In this document: positions 54,522 through 62,872 of the stretch, one piece after another | How the letters are laid out: each line of letters begins with the position of its first letter | Numbering within the stretch: the stretch's first letter is position 1 | Source of the DNA: Nitrospiria bacterium | GTDB lineage: Bacteria; Nitrospirota; Nitrospiria; SBBL01; JAADHI01 | Length of the DNA: 64,000 nucleotides | Reading direction: 5' to 3' | NCBI GenBank assembly: GCA_046756925.1 | Contig: JBHHXH010000001.1 | Coordinates: 20,337-84,336 of the forward strand | The notes under the pieces: model-generated | What the model was told of the DNA's origin: nothing | Seen by the model: the letters and a program-made list of their open reading frames with translations, nothing else | Databases searched by the model: none | Made by a program: the position numbers and the translations under genes

Positions 54522-55322
54522 ATGAAAATTATTGTTTCCGGATCCGCAGGCAGAATGGGACGCGCCATCTTAGAAAGCCTCTATCAAGAAGACGACCTTG
54601 AGCTTGGCGCAGCACTGGAAAAGAAGGGTCATCCGGCCATTAAAAAAGATGTCGGAACGTTCATCGGCATCGGCAACTGGGGGATTGCTTTTTCCTTATA
54701 TACCAAGAAAACGCTCTTGCGTGGAGATGTCGTCGTCGATTTCACCTATCCCCAAGGCACCATCAAAATGGTCCAAGAATCGAAGGCCAAACAGAAACCG
54801 ATGGTCATCGGGACCACGGGTTTTACAAGAGAAGACCACGGCAAGATCGAAGCGGCGGCGAAGAAAATCCCTATCGTTCTTTCCCCAAACATGAGCGTCG
54901 GCGTTAACGTCATGTTTAAGCTGATCTCGGATGCGACCCAGGCCCTGGGCGAGGCTTACGATGTCGAAATATTGGAGATTCATCATAGACAAAAAAAGGA
55001 CGCACCCAGCGGCACCGCGATTCGGCTCGGCGAGGTCGTCGCCGCTTCTAGAAAAACGAGTCTCCAGCAAGTGGGGCGTTTTGCACGTCAGGGAAATATC
55101 GGTGTCCGCAATGCGGGAGAGATCGGCCTCCAGAGCTTGCGTGCGGGGGATGTGGTGGGCGATCACACCGTGACCTTTGCGGGCCTCGGGGAGCGCATCG
55201 AGTTGACCCATCGCGCGCACCATCGGAATAATTTCGCCCGTGGCGCGCTCATGGCCGCAAGGTGGATCGTCAATCAAGCGCCCGGTCTGTACGACATGAT
55301 GGATGTATTGAACCTAAAATAA
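54522..55322 (+). CDS. dapB: 4-hydroxy-tetrahydrodipicolinate reductase
   Basis: GSAGRMGR and EIHHRQKKDAPSGTA. Confidence 0.9.
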   Translation: MKIIVSGSAGRMGRAILESLYQEDDLELGAALEKKGHPAIKKDVGTFIGIGNWGIAFSLYTKKTLLRGDVVVDFTYPQGTIKMVQESKAKQKPMVIGTTGFTREDHGKIEAAAKKIPIVLSPNMSVGVNVMFKLISDATQALGEAYDVEILEIHHRQKKDAPSGTAIRLGEVVAASRKTSLQQVGRFARQGNIGVRNAGEIGLQSLRAGDVVGDHTVTFAGLGERIELTHRAHHRNNFARGALMAARWIVNQAPGLYDMMDVLNLK

Positions 55323-55445
55323 GCCGCGATTTCATAGGATCTGGGGGCAGACGGGCAAATGGTATTTAGACAAAAGCTTTGACCGATGAGGCAAGACATC
55401 CCGACACAACAGGCCCCTTTTTTACAGTGAATAAGAGGAGAATGC

Positions 55446-56627
55446 GTGAAAAAATTAGATGTTCAGCTTGCAGACCGCATTAAGGGTCTTCCCCCCTACC
55501 TTTTCGCCGCGATCGATAAAATGAAACAGGCGGCGATCGATGCAGGGAAGGACATCATCGATCTCGGGGTCGGCGATCCCGATCTCCCGACGCCGGCACC
55601 GATTATCGAGGCCCTTCAAAAAGCGGCAACAAACCCCCAGCATCACCAATATCCAAGTTATGTCGGCATGCTTTCCTTCCGCGAAGCCGTCACCAAGTGG
55701 TACGACAAGCGCTTTCAGGCAACGCTGGACCCCCGAACCGAGGTGCTCTCTTTGATTGGGTCGAAGGAGGGCATTGCGCACCTTCCGATGGCCTTGATCA
55801 ACCCGGGCGATACGGCCTTGATGACCGACCCCGGATACCCCGTTTACGAGGCGGGAACCCTTTTTGCCGGGGGCAGACCGGTTTTTGTGCCCTTAAAAAA
55901 AGAAGGGGGCTTTTTGCCGGATCTCGATGCCATTCCTGCGGAGGTGGCGGACCATGCAAAACTGTTTTTCTTAAACTATCCCGGCAACCCGACCGCGGCT
56001 GTCGCCGATCGCCCTTTTTTCGAAAAACTGATCGCTTTCGCCGATCGCCACAACATTGTGATCGCCCACGATGCAGCCTATTCGGAGATTTACTATGACG
56101 GGGCACCGCCGGTCGGTTTTATGGAAGTCGACGGCGCCAAGGAGGTCGGCATCGAGTTTCACTCCCTTTCCAAAACCTACAATATGACCGGATGGCGTAT
56201 CGGGTTTGCGGTCGGAAACAGCAACGTGGTTGCCGCCTTAGGCAAGGTGAAGACAAATATCGACTCGGGTATTTTCCAGGCCATCCAAGCAGCGGGAATG
56301 ACCGCCCTGGAGATGGATGAAGCCCCCCTTGCCGTCATTCGAAAGGTTTATCAGGAGCGTCGCGATGTCCTGGTGGCTGGACTGAAAAAACTCGGGTTTC
56401 AGATCGATCCTCCAAAGGCCGCTTTCTATCTTTGGATTCCGACACCGGACGGCATCTCCTCAACGGACATGACGGCAAAGCTCCTTCAAGAAGCCGCGAT
56501 CGTGACGACGCCGGGAAATGGCTTCGGAAAGGGCGGAGAGGGCTATTTCCGCATGACGCTCTGTGTTTCAAAAGACCGCCTCGAAGAAGCGGTCGAACGC
56601 ATGAACAAAGCAGGAATCCGTGGATGA
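55446..56627 (+). CDS. dapL: Class I aminotransferase, probable LL-diaminopimelate aminotransferase
   Basis: LPPYLFAAID...DLGVGDPDLPTP and PLP-Lys context SLSKTYNMTGWRIG. The assignment rests on its position in the dapA-dapB-dapF-lysA cluster and the absence of dapD/dapE there. Confidence 0.65.
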   Translation: MKKLDVQLADRIKGLPPYLFAAIDKMKQAAIDAGKDIIDLGVGDPDLPTPAPIIEALQKAATNPQHHQYPSYVGMLSFREAVTKWYDKRFQATLDPRTEVLSLIGSKEGIAHLPMALINPGDTALMTDPGYPVYEAGTLFAGGRPVFVPLKKEGGFLPDLDAIPAEVADHAKLFFLNYPGNPTAAVADRPFFEKLIAFADRHNIVIAHDAAYSEIYYDGAPPVGFMEVDGAKEVGIEFHSLSKTYNMTGWRIGFAVGNSNVVAALGKVKTNIDSGIFQAIQAAGMTALEMDEAPLAVIRKVYQERRDVLVAGLKKLGFQIDPPKAAFYLWIPTPDGISSTDMTAKLLQEAAIVTTPGNGFGKGGEGYFRMTLCVSKDRLEEAVERMNKAGIRG

Positions 56628-57204
56628 AGAAGATCGAGGGGACTTGCTTCCCCTAGAAAAAAAGGGTGTCTTCGTCGGGATCGGCTCCAACATGGGAAAC
56701 CGACTCGACTACTGCCGGAAGGCCGTGCGCGCCCTTCAGTTGGCGGACGGCATCCGCATCGATCGGGTCTCTTCACTTTACGAAACATCGCCCATCGGCT
56801 TTTTAGAACAAAACTTGTTTTACAACGCCGTCGTCGCGATCGAAACCCTCCTTTCTCCGAAGGCCCTCCTACAGCGCTGTCAAGCCATAGAGCGGGCCTT
56901 CGGAAAACAAGTGTCCGTCCCAAAGGGACCCCGCACCATTGATCTTGATCTTCTTTTCTATCATCGCCGGATCTTCCACTCTCAAGCCTTGACCCTCCCG
57001 CACCCGGAGGCGGCCAAGCGGCGCTTTGTCCTGGTCCCCCTTGCCGAGATTGCACCGGACTTTGTTCATCCGACCGTCCACGACACCGTAAGAAACCTGC
57101 TCAAGCGGTTCCCTCCCGATCGATTGGAATGCGTGGAGAAGCGCTTGCCGTCTGGATGGCAAGCAGAAAGGACCGGGAAGGGGGCTCATGAAGGCGATCT
57201 CTAG
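56620..57204 (+). CDS. folK: 2-amino-4-hydroxy-6-hydroxymethyldihydropteridine diphosphokinase
   Basis: VGIGSNMGN, GPRTIDLDLL and HPRF-like LPHPE. The exact start is uncertain (GTG 56620 or downstream). Confidence 0.8.
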   Translation: MDEEDRGDLLPLEKKGVFVGIGSNMGNRLDYCRKAVRALQLADGIRIDRVSSLYETSPIGFLEQNLFYNAVVAIETLLSPKALLQRCQAIERAFGKQVSVPKGPRTIDLDLLFYHRRIFHSQALTLPHPEAAKRRFVLVPLAEIAPDFVHPTVHDTVRNLLKRFPPDRLECVEKRLPSGWQAERTGKGAHEGDL

Positions 57205-58075
57205 CTTGAAGGGGCTTCGTCAGGCCCTTCGGCCCATTCGAAACACCGGCAATATTGCGCTGGTTCCGACGATGGGCGCTTTTCATGAAGGACATCTGTC
57301 CTTGATGCGAAAGGCGAAACAGGAGTGTGTTTTTACGGTGGTTTCCCTCTTTGTGAACCCCTTGCAATTCGGTCCCAAGGAAGACTACGACGTCTACCCC
57401 AGGAACTTGGCATCGGATCGAAAAATGGCAAGGTCGGTCGGAATCGATCTCTTGTGGACGCCCTCGGAAAAAAACCTTTTCCCGCCTGCGTTTCAGACGC
57501 GCATCCAGGTCCCCCAGCTGAGCCACTGCTTAGAAGGTGCGGCCCGGCCCGATCACTTCACAGGCGTGGCGACCATCGTCGGCATCCTGCTGAATCTGGT
57601 GCGGCCGGACCGGCTCTATCTCGGAGAAAAAGACTTTCAGCAAACGCGTGTGATTGCACGCTTGGCGGCCGACCTTCATTTCGATACCCAAATCCGCATC
57701 TGTCCAACCGTGCGGGAAAAAGACGGCCTTGCCATGAGTTCAAGGAACGCCCGTCTGACGGCATCCGAACGAAAGGCCGCGCCGATTTTATACCGGGCGC
57801 TTCGCCAGGGACAAGCTCTCGTCCGCGGGGGCACGCTGGATGCACAAGCGGTTATTCAAGCGGTGCAATCGATTCTTGTATCGGAACCGGGGATTAAAAT
57901 CGAATACATCGCGCTCTGTGATCCTTTGCGCCTGGAGCCGATACGGCGCATAAAAACAAGCGCTGTCCTCCTGGCGGCGATCCGAGTCGGCTCCGTCCGT
58001 TTGATAGACAATGTGGCCCTCAAGGTGACTTCCATACGGACTTCCGGGAGGGCGGATTCATTGACAATGAAATGA
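57188..58075 (+). CDS. panC: Pantoate--beta-alanine ligase
   Basis: VPTMGAFHEGHLSL, FVNPLQFGP and GEKDFQQ. Confidence 0.9.
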   Translation: MKAISSLKGLRQALRPIRNTGNIALVPTMGAFHEGHLSLMRKAKQECVFTVVSLFVNPLQFGPKEDYDVYPRNLASDRKMARSVGIDLLWTPSEKNLFPPAFQTRIQVPQLSHCLEGAARPDHFTGVATIVGILLNLVRPDRLYLGEKDFQQTRVIARLAADLHFDTQIRICPTVREKDGLAMSSRNARLTASERKAAPILYRALRQGQALVRGGTLDAQAVIQAVQSILVSEPGIKIEYIALCDPLRLEPIRRIKTSAVLLAAIRVGSVRLIDNVALKVTSIRTSGRADSLTMK

Positions 58076-58127
58076 TTAAAATGATAGATTAATTTCACTG
58101 TCGATAAACCGCGTTCTGAGAAAAACC

Positions 58128-58583
58128 ATGCTCATCCAAATGAAAGTTCGGGGAATGATGTTTGATCCGATTAATAACGCTTACATCGTCATCCTCCGGG
58201 GAGAGGAAAACACGGAGGTCTTGCCGATCTGGATTGGACGGCCCGAAGCCAATGCCATCAGTTTGGCGTTGGAAGGCATATTTACGCCACGCCCGATGAC
58301 GCACGATCTTATTCACAATGTGATGGAAACGCTCGGCGCAAAAATTATCAGTGTCGTGGTGACCGACCTTCAAGACAGCACCTATTTCTCGAAAACCCAC
58401 CTGACCTATCAAGATTCGGAATTTACGGTCGATTCAAGGCCCAGCGATGCCATTGCCCTTGCCTTGAGGGCCGACGCCCCGATTTTTGTTTCGGAAGAAG
58501 TCATTAAGAAGCAGAGTTCCGAAGAACTCGATCGATGGCTCGAAAATTTAAAACCCGAGGACTTTGGCAAGTACGATACCTAA
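58128..58583 (+). CDS. Bifunctional-nuclease (BFN/DUF151) domain protein, copy 1
   Basis: LPIWIGRPEANAISLAL...RPMTHDL...DSRPSDAIALALR, with a C-terminal LDRWLENLKPEDFGKYD tail. Confidence 0.75.
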   Translation: MLIQMKVRGMMFDPINNAYIVILRGEENTEVLPIWIGRPEANAISLALEGIFTPRPMTHDLIHNVMETLGAKIISVVVTDLQDSTYFSKTHLTYQDSEFTVDSRPSDAIALALRADAPIFVSEEVIKKQSSEELDRWLENLKPEDFGKYDT

Positions 58584-58645
58584 ACGATATGGGTGATTCC
58601 AGTGCGTCCCCTATCATTTAAGCCTTGTCTCGAATCGAAGACACG

Positions 58646-59149
58646 ATGAATATCCCCTTAAAAGTTCATGCCGTCATATCGGATCCAAACACCGAGGCTC
58701 AGATTGTCATCTTAAAGGATGAGCAGGAATTAGAACTCTTGCCGATTTGGGTGGGGACGGCGGAGGGAAATGCCATTCGATTCGCCCTTGAAGGCGTTGG
58801 CGCGCCAAGACCCCTGACCCACGATCTTTTACGAAGCCTCCTTGAGCACCTCGATGTCCGCATGGAAAAAGTCGTTATACACGATATGAACGAGGGAACC
58901 TACTTTGCCTCCCTTCATCTTCTTCCGGGTCGATCGAAGCAACAAAAGGTCTCTTCCCAAGCGGATCAGGGTGATGAAATCGAGGAGCAGACGGTGGATG
59001 CCCGTCCAAGCGATGCGATTGCACTGGCGCTCCGCATGGGTGTTCCGATTTATGCAACCGAAGAAGTCCTGCAGAAAAAAGGATCTGAAAATCTGGATGC
59101 CTGGTTGGAAAAATTGAAACCGAAGGATTCCGGGCCTTACGATGCATAA
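58646..59149 (+). CDS. Bifunctional-nuclease (BFN/DUF151) domain protein, copy 2 (with an insertion)
   Basis: LPIWVGTAEGNAIRFAL...RPLTHDL...DARPSDAIALALR and the tail LDAWLEKLKPKDSGPYD. It carries an extra ~25-aa acidic/polar insert. Start set at ATG 58646. Confidence 0.75.
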   Translation: MNIPLKVHAVISDPNTEAQIVILKDEQELELLPIWVGTAEGNAIRFALEGVGAPRPLTHDLLRSLLEHLDVRMEKVVIHDMNEGTYFASLHLLPGRSKQQKVSSQADQGDEIEEQTVDARPSDAIALALRMGVPIYATEEVLQKKGSENLDAWLEKLKPKDSGPYDA

Positions 59150-59248
59150 TGCATCCAACGGTGATCGTGGGGATCAATTTTTTTATTGACAAATCGCTTG
59201 CGGATATATAAGAATTATGTCTTTTGCTTCTTGTAGGAAGTATTACTT

Positions 59249-59680
59249 TTGAAAACACATGCCTTTATAAGATCCGAGGTTCAGGAAAAATGGCATCTTG
59301 TTGATGCGGACGGTCTCATTTTGGGAAGAATGGCAGCGCAAATCGCTGCCGTTTTAAGAGGAAAGCATACACCCTGCTTTACCCCGAACCAAGACCTTGG
59401 AGACCACGTGGTCGTCGTCAACGCCGAAAAGGTCGTCCTGACGGGAAAGAAAGAAACCCAGAAGCAGTATTTTCGACATACCGGATACATTGGCGGCATT
59501 AAATCCACAAGCGTCAAACAACTGCGCGCGGAAAAACCGGAACACATTATAAAAAATGCGATCCTTGGGATGCTGCCCAAGACCAAGCTGGGAAATGCAA
59601 TGGGCCGTAAATTGCGGGTGTATGCGGGAGAAAATCACCCCCATCAAGCGCAAAAACCGGAACCCTTCACGATTCGATAG
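59249..59680 (+). CDS. rplM: 50S ribosomal protein L13
   Basis: KWHLVDADGLILGRMAAQIA..LRGKH. TTG start. Confidence 0.93.
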   Translation: MKTHAFIRSEVQEKWHLVDADGLILGRMAAQIAAVLRGKHTPCFTPNQDLGDHVVVVNAEKVVLTGKKETQKQYFRHTGYIGGIKSTSVKQLRAEKPEHIIKNAILGMLPKTKLGNAMGRKLRVYAGENHPHQAQKPEPFTIR

Positions 59681-59695
59681 AAAGGGATAAGAGCC

Positions 59696-60088
59696 GTGCC
59701 ATCATTACGCACTCATTCAATTGGCAAACGGAAAAGCGCTGTTGCCCGGGTTTGGCTGAAGGCCGGAGAGGGCAACATGGTTGTCAACGGTATGATTGCC
59801 GATCGCTACTTTCCGAGAGAGTCCTGGAAATATATTGTAAGACAGCCCTTTCAGGTCACCGAAACCCAGTCAAAATACAACGTGGTTGCAAATATCAAAG
59901 GTGGTGGTCTTAGCGGACAGGCCGGCGCCTTAAGACAAGCCATTGCCAAAGCCCTTTTGGAATTCAATCCTCAATATAGAGACCGTTTGAAAAAGGAGGG
60001 ATTTCTTACCCGAGACGCCAGGAAAAAAGAACGAAGAAAATATGGCCAAAAAGGGGCCCGGGCCAAGTTCCAATTTTCCAAACGCTAA
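59696..60088 (+). CDS. rpsI: 30S ribosomal protein S9
   Basis: GKRKSAVARVWL...GGGLSGQAGALRQAIAKAL...RKKERRKYGQKGARAKFQFSKR. GTG start. Confidence 0.93.
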   Translation: MPSLRTHSIGKRKSAVARVWLKAGEGNMVVNGMIADRYFPRESWKYIVRQPFQVTETQSKYNVVANIKGGGLSGQAGALRQAIAKALLEFNPQYRDRLKKEGFLTRDARKKERRKYGQKGARAKFQFSKR

Positions 60089-60114
60089 CGATCCTTATAT
60101 ATTGAATTATATTC

Positions 60115-60144
60115 AAGGAAGGTCGTTGGGCCTTCCTTTTTTTT
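60115..60144 (+). terminator. Intrinsic terminator after rpsI
   Basis: AAGGAAGG-tcgttggg-CCTTCCTT running into a T8 tract. Confidence 0.7.
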
Positions 60145-60218
60145 GGTGCGATTTCAGCAAATCCTTATCTCGTTTTTTTTATTTTCTTTAGGATTTTTTT
60201 TTCAAGGAACAGACGGCC

Positions 60219-61250
60219 ATGAAAGTCGGTATCATCGGCGCAACGGGATACACGGGAGGGGAACTGCTTCGTCTTTTGAGACACCACCCGAAGGCCGATG
60301 TCATATGCGTCACCTCCGAAAGATCCGCCGGCCAACCCTTGGTCGAGCGTCATCCCTTCTTAAATGGACATTACGACCTCCGTCTTGAAGCGCTTCATCC
60401 GGAAAAGATCGCTAAAAAAGCCGATTTTTTATTTATTGCGCTTTCTCACACGCAGGCAATGGCCCCTGTTTTTCAGTTCATTGCCTCTGGAAAAAAAGTC
60501 GTTGATCTGTCAGCGGATTTCCGTCTTCGGTCAGGAAAACTTTATGAAAAATGGTACGGCACGGCTCATGCTTGTCCATCTCTTCTCAAACGGAGCGTGT
60601 ACGGGCTTCCGGAAATTTATCGTAAAAAGATCGCCAGGGCAACATTGGTTGCAAACCCCGGCTGCTACCCGACGGGGGCGCTTCTCCCGATCATCCCTTT
60701 TTTAAAACAAGGATTAATCGATCCGAGTCGAGAGATCATTGTGGATGCGAAGTCCGGTGTATCGGGCGCCGGGAGAAGCCCGAAGGAGACGACTCATTTT
60801 CCCGAGGTCAACGAAGGCCATATGGCGTATGGGATTGGAATGCATCGTCATCTTCCTGAAATCATACAAGAGATCACACGAAACGGGGAGGTTCGTCCAA
60901 AGGTGCTCTTTACCCCGCACCTCCTACCGATCAACAGAGGCATACTAACGACGATTTACTTTCCTCTTCGCGCAAGACTATCTCAAAAACGGATTTCATC
61001 CGTTTTATCGTCTTACAAAAAAGAAGTCTTTATTCGCCTCATCAAGGGATCTCCCAATGTCGCTCACGTGAGGGGGAGCAACGATTGTCATATTACGGGT
61101 ATTCCGAGCCCATCGGGGCGCACGGCCATCCTTATTTCGGCGATCGATAACCTGGGAAAAGGGGCCGCGGGACAAGCGATCCAAAACATGAATATCATGA
61201 TGGGATGGGAAGAATGCCTGGGTCTTCACGGACCCGGCCTTTTTCCCTGA
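60219..61250 (+). CDS. argC: N-acetyl-gamma-glutamyl-phosphate reductase
   Basis: IIGATGYTGGEL and the active-site NPGCYPT. Confidence 0.92.
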   Translation: MKVGIIGATGYTGGELLRLLRHHPKADVICVTSERSAGQPLVERHPFLNGHYDLRLEALHPEKIAKKADFLFIALSHTQAMAPVFQFIASGKKVVDLSADFRLRSGKLYEKWYGTAHACPSLLKRSVYGLPEIYRKKIARATLVANPGCYPTGALLPIIPFLKQGLIDPSREIIVDAKSGVSGAGRSPKETTHFPEVNEGHMAYGIGMHRHLPEIIQEITRNGEVRPKVLFTPHLLPINRGILTTIYFPLRARLSQKRISSVLSSYKKEVFIRLIKGSPNVAHVRGSNDCHITGIPSPSGRTAILISAIDNLGKGAAGQAIQNMNIMMGWEECLGLHGPGLFP

Positions 61251-61258
61251 GGTGCACC

Positions 61259-62485
61259 ATGGAAAATAAAAAGACCTCTTCCTCTCGTCGGATCAGCGGC
61301 GGGATTACGGCAGTGAAAGGGTTTCGCGCATCCGGTATTTCAGCTGGTATCAAGAAAAACGGCTCTTTGGACATGGCCCTTGTCTTCAGCGATCTTCCTT
61401 GTACCGCAGCCGCACTTTTTACGAAAAACCGATTTTGCGCCGCCCCGCTTCTTCTTAACAAGAAACATCTTAAAGGACGGACTGGCCAGGCCATTCTTGT
61501 CAACAGCGGGAACGCCAACGCCGCAACCGGTGTTCAAGGAACACGGGATGCCACGACAATGGCCAAAGAGACAGCACGTTTACTCAACATCCATCTCCAT
61601 TCATCCTATGTGGGCTCCACGGGGGTGATTGGAGAAACACTTCCAATGCGAAAAATCATCCCGGCCATCCCAACTTTGGTCTCATCCTTATCCACCAATG
61701 GAAACCATGCGGCGGCGGAAGCCATCCTCACGACTGATACCTTTAGAAAAGAAACGGCCTGGGAGGGTTGGGTCGGGAACAACAAAATCCGTATTGGCGG
61801 GATGGCCAAGGGATCGGGTATGATCCATCCCAATATGGCGACGATGCTTGCTTTTTTGTCCACAGACGTCACCATGAACCCGATCCTGCTTCAAGAAGGT
61901 CTCCGTGAAGCGGTTGACCACAGCTTTCATCGCATCACAGTCGATGGAGACACAAGCACCAACGACATGGTCCTGCTCTTCGCCAATGGGAAAAAAGGAC
62001 GGGAGATTAAAACAAAGGGACGCCCCTATCGCGAATTTGTCTCCCTCTTAACAACCGCTTGCCTATCCCTTGCAAAGTTGCTGGTCAAGGATGCGGAAGG
62101 CGCGACCAAGCTCATCGAAATCCGTGTGACCGGCGCGAAGGATCCCCTCTCGGCGAAGAAAATGTGTTTTTCCGTTGCTCAATCGCTTTTGGTTAAAACC
62201 GCTTTCTTCGGTGAAGATCCCAATTGGGGGCGAATTATCGCCGCCATCGGAAACGCAGGGGCCAAGGTAAGCCTGGATCGGATCGATTTATATTTCGGCG
62301 GGTATCCATTGGTTAAAAAAGGGAATTATCTTGGTAAAGGCGCGGAAACCCTTATAAAAACATATCTAAAAAAGAAGGAACTTCAGTTACATGTGTCATT
62401 TCACACCGGGCAGGATTCGTTTACCGTTTGGACCAACGATTTAAGCTATGATTATATTAAAATAAATGCGTCTTATCGTACCTAG
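61259..62485 (+). CDS. argJ: Bifunctional glutamate N-acetyltransferase / amino-acid acetyltransferase
   Basis: GITAVKGF, NSGNANA and the autoprocessing site ATMLAFLSTD. Start trimmed to ATG 61259. Confidence 0.92.
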   Translation: MENKKTSSSRRISGGITAVKGFRASGISAGIKKNGSLDMALVFSDLPCTAAALFTKNRFCAAPLLLNKKHLKGRTGQAILVNSGNANAATGVQGTRDATTMAKETARLLNIHLHSSYVGSTGVIGETLPMRKIIPAIPTLVSSLSTNGNHAAAEAILTTDTFRKETAWEGWVGNNKIRIGGMAKGSGMIHPNMATMLAFLSTDVTMNPILLQEGLREAVDHSFHRITVDGDTSTNDMVLLFANGKKGREIKTKGRPYREFVSLLTTACLSLAKLLVKDAEGATKLIEIRVTGAKDPLSAKKMCFSVAQSLLVKTAFFGEDPNWGRIIAAIGNAGAKVSLDRIDLYFGGYPLVKKGNYLGKGAETLIKTYLKKKELQLHVSFHTGQDSFTVWTNDLSYDYIKINASYRT

Positions 62486-62679
62486 GTTTGTGCTTTGCTT
62501 AAATTCTCTTATGACCTATTTATATAGAGCGAATACGGTTTAAAAAATTTCAAAGGTCTTTGTCTTTAATTATTTTCTGTTTTAAAAAAAAGTTTTAATA
62601 ATAGTAATAGGATGGTCTTGAATCACAGGATAAATATCTAAAGCAGCCAATAATAAAGACATTTATGTGGTGATGACGA

Positions 62680-62688
62680 TGTGGATAA
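62680..62688. promoter_or_regulatory. Perfect DnaA box TGTGGATAA
   Basis: Exact 9-mer match to the reverse complement of TTATCCACA. Weaker boxes are TGTGTATAA (62849-62857, 1 mismatch) and CAATCCACA (62826-62834, 2 mismatches). Confidence 0.6.
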
Positions 62689-62710
62689 AGGCAGAGATGC
62701 CGTGGTTTTC

Positions 62711-62739
62711 TTGATTCGTTTCTCTTAATTTAGTATAAT
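62711..62739 (+). promoter_or_regulatory. Sigma70-type promoter candidate for dnaA (TTGATT - 17 nt - TATAAT)
   Basis: Hexamers and spacing read directly. It lies ~135 nt upstream of the dnaA ATG. Confidence 0.5.
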
Positions 62740-62872
62740 CTTCTCTATCTTAACACTGCCAACCGTTGAGGGTTGTTTCTAAACCCGCGTTTAGAATCTA
62801 ACATATTGAAAATCATGAAACAAAACAATCCACAGCTGTTTATAATCCTGTGTATAAGTGCCATGGTTTCAC

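Larger units (their letters stand above)
62486..62872. other. AT-rich intergenic region with DnaA boxes (dnaA regulatory region / candidate oriC)
   Basis: Composition is strongly AT-rich compared with the flanks. It contains one perfect and two near-consensus DnaA boxes and a sigma70-like promoter. Confidence 0.45.
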
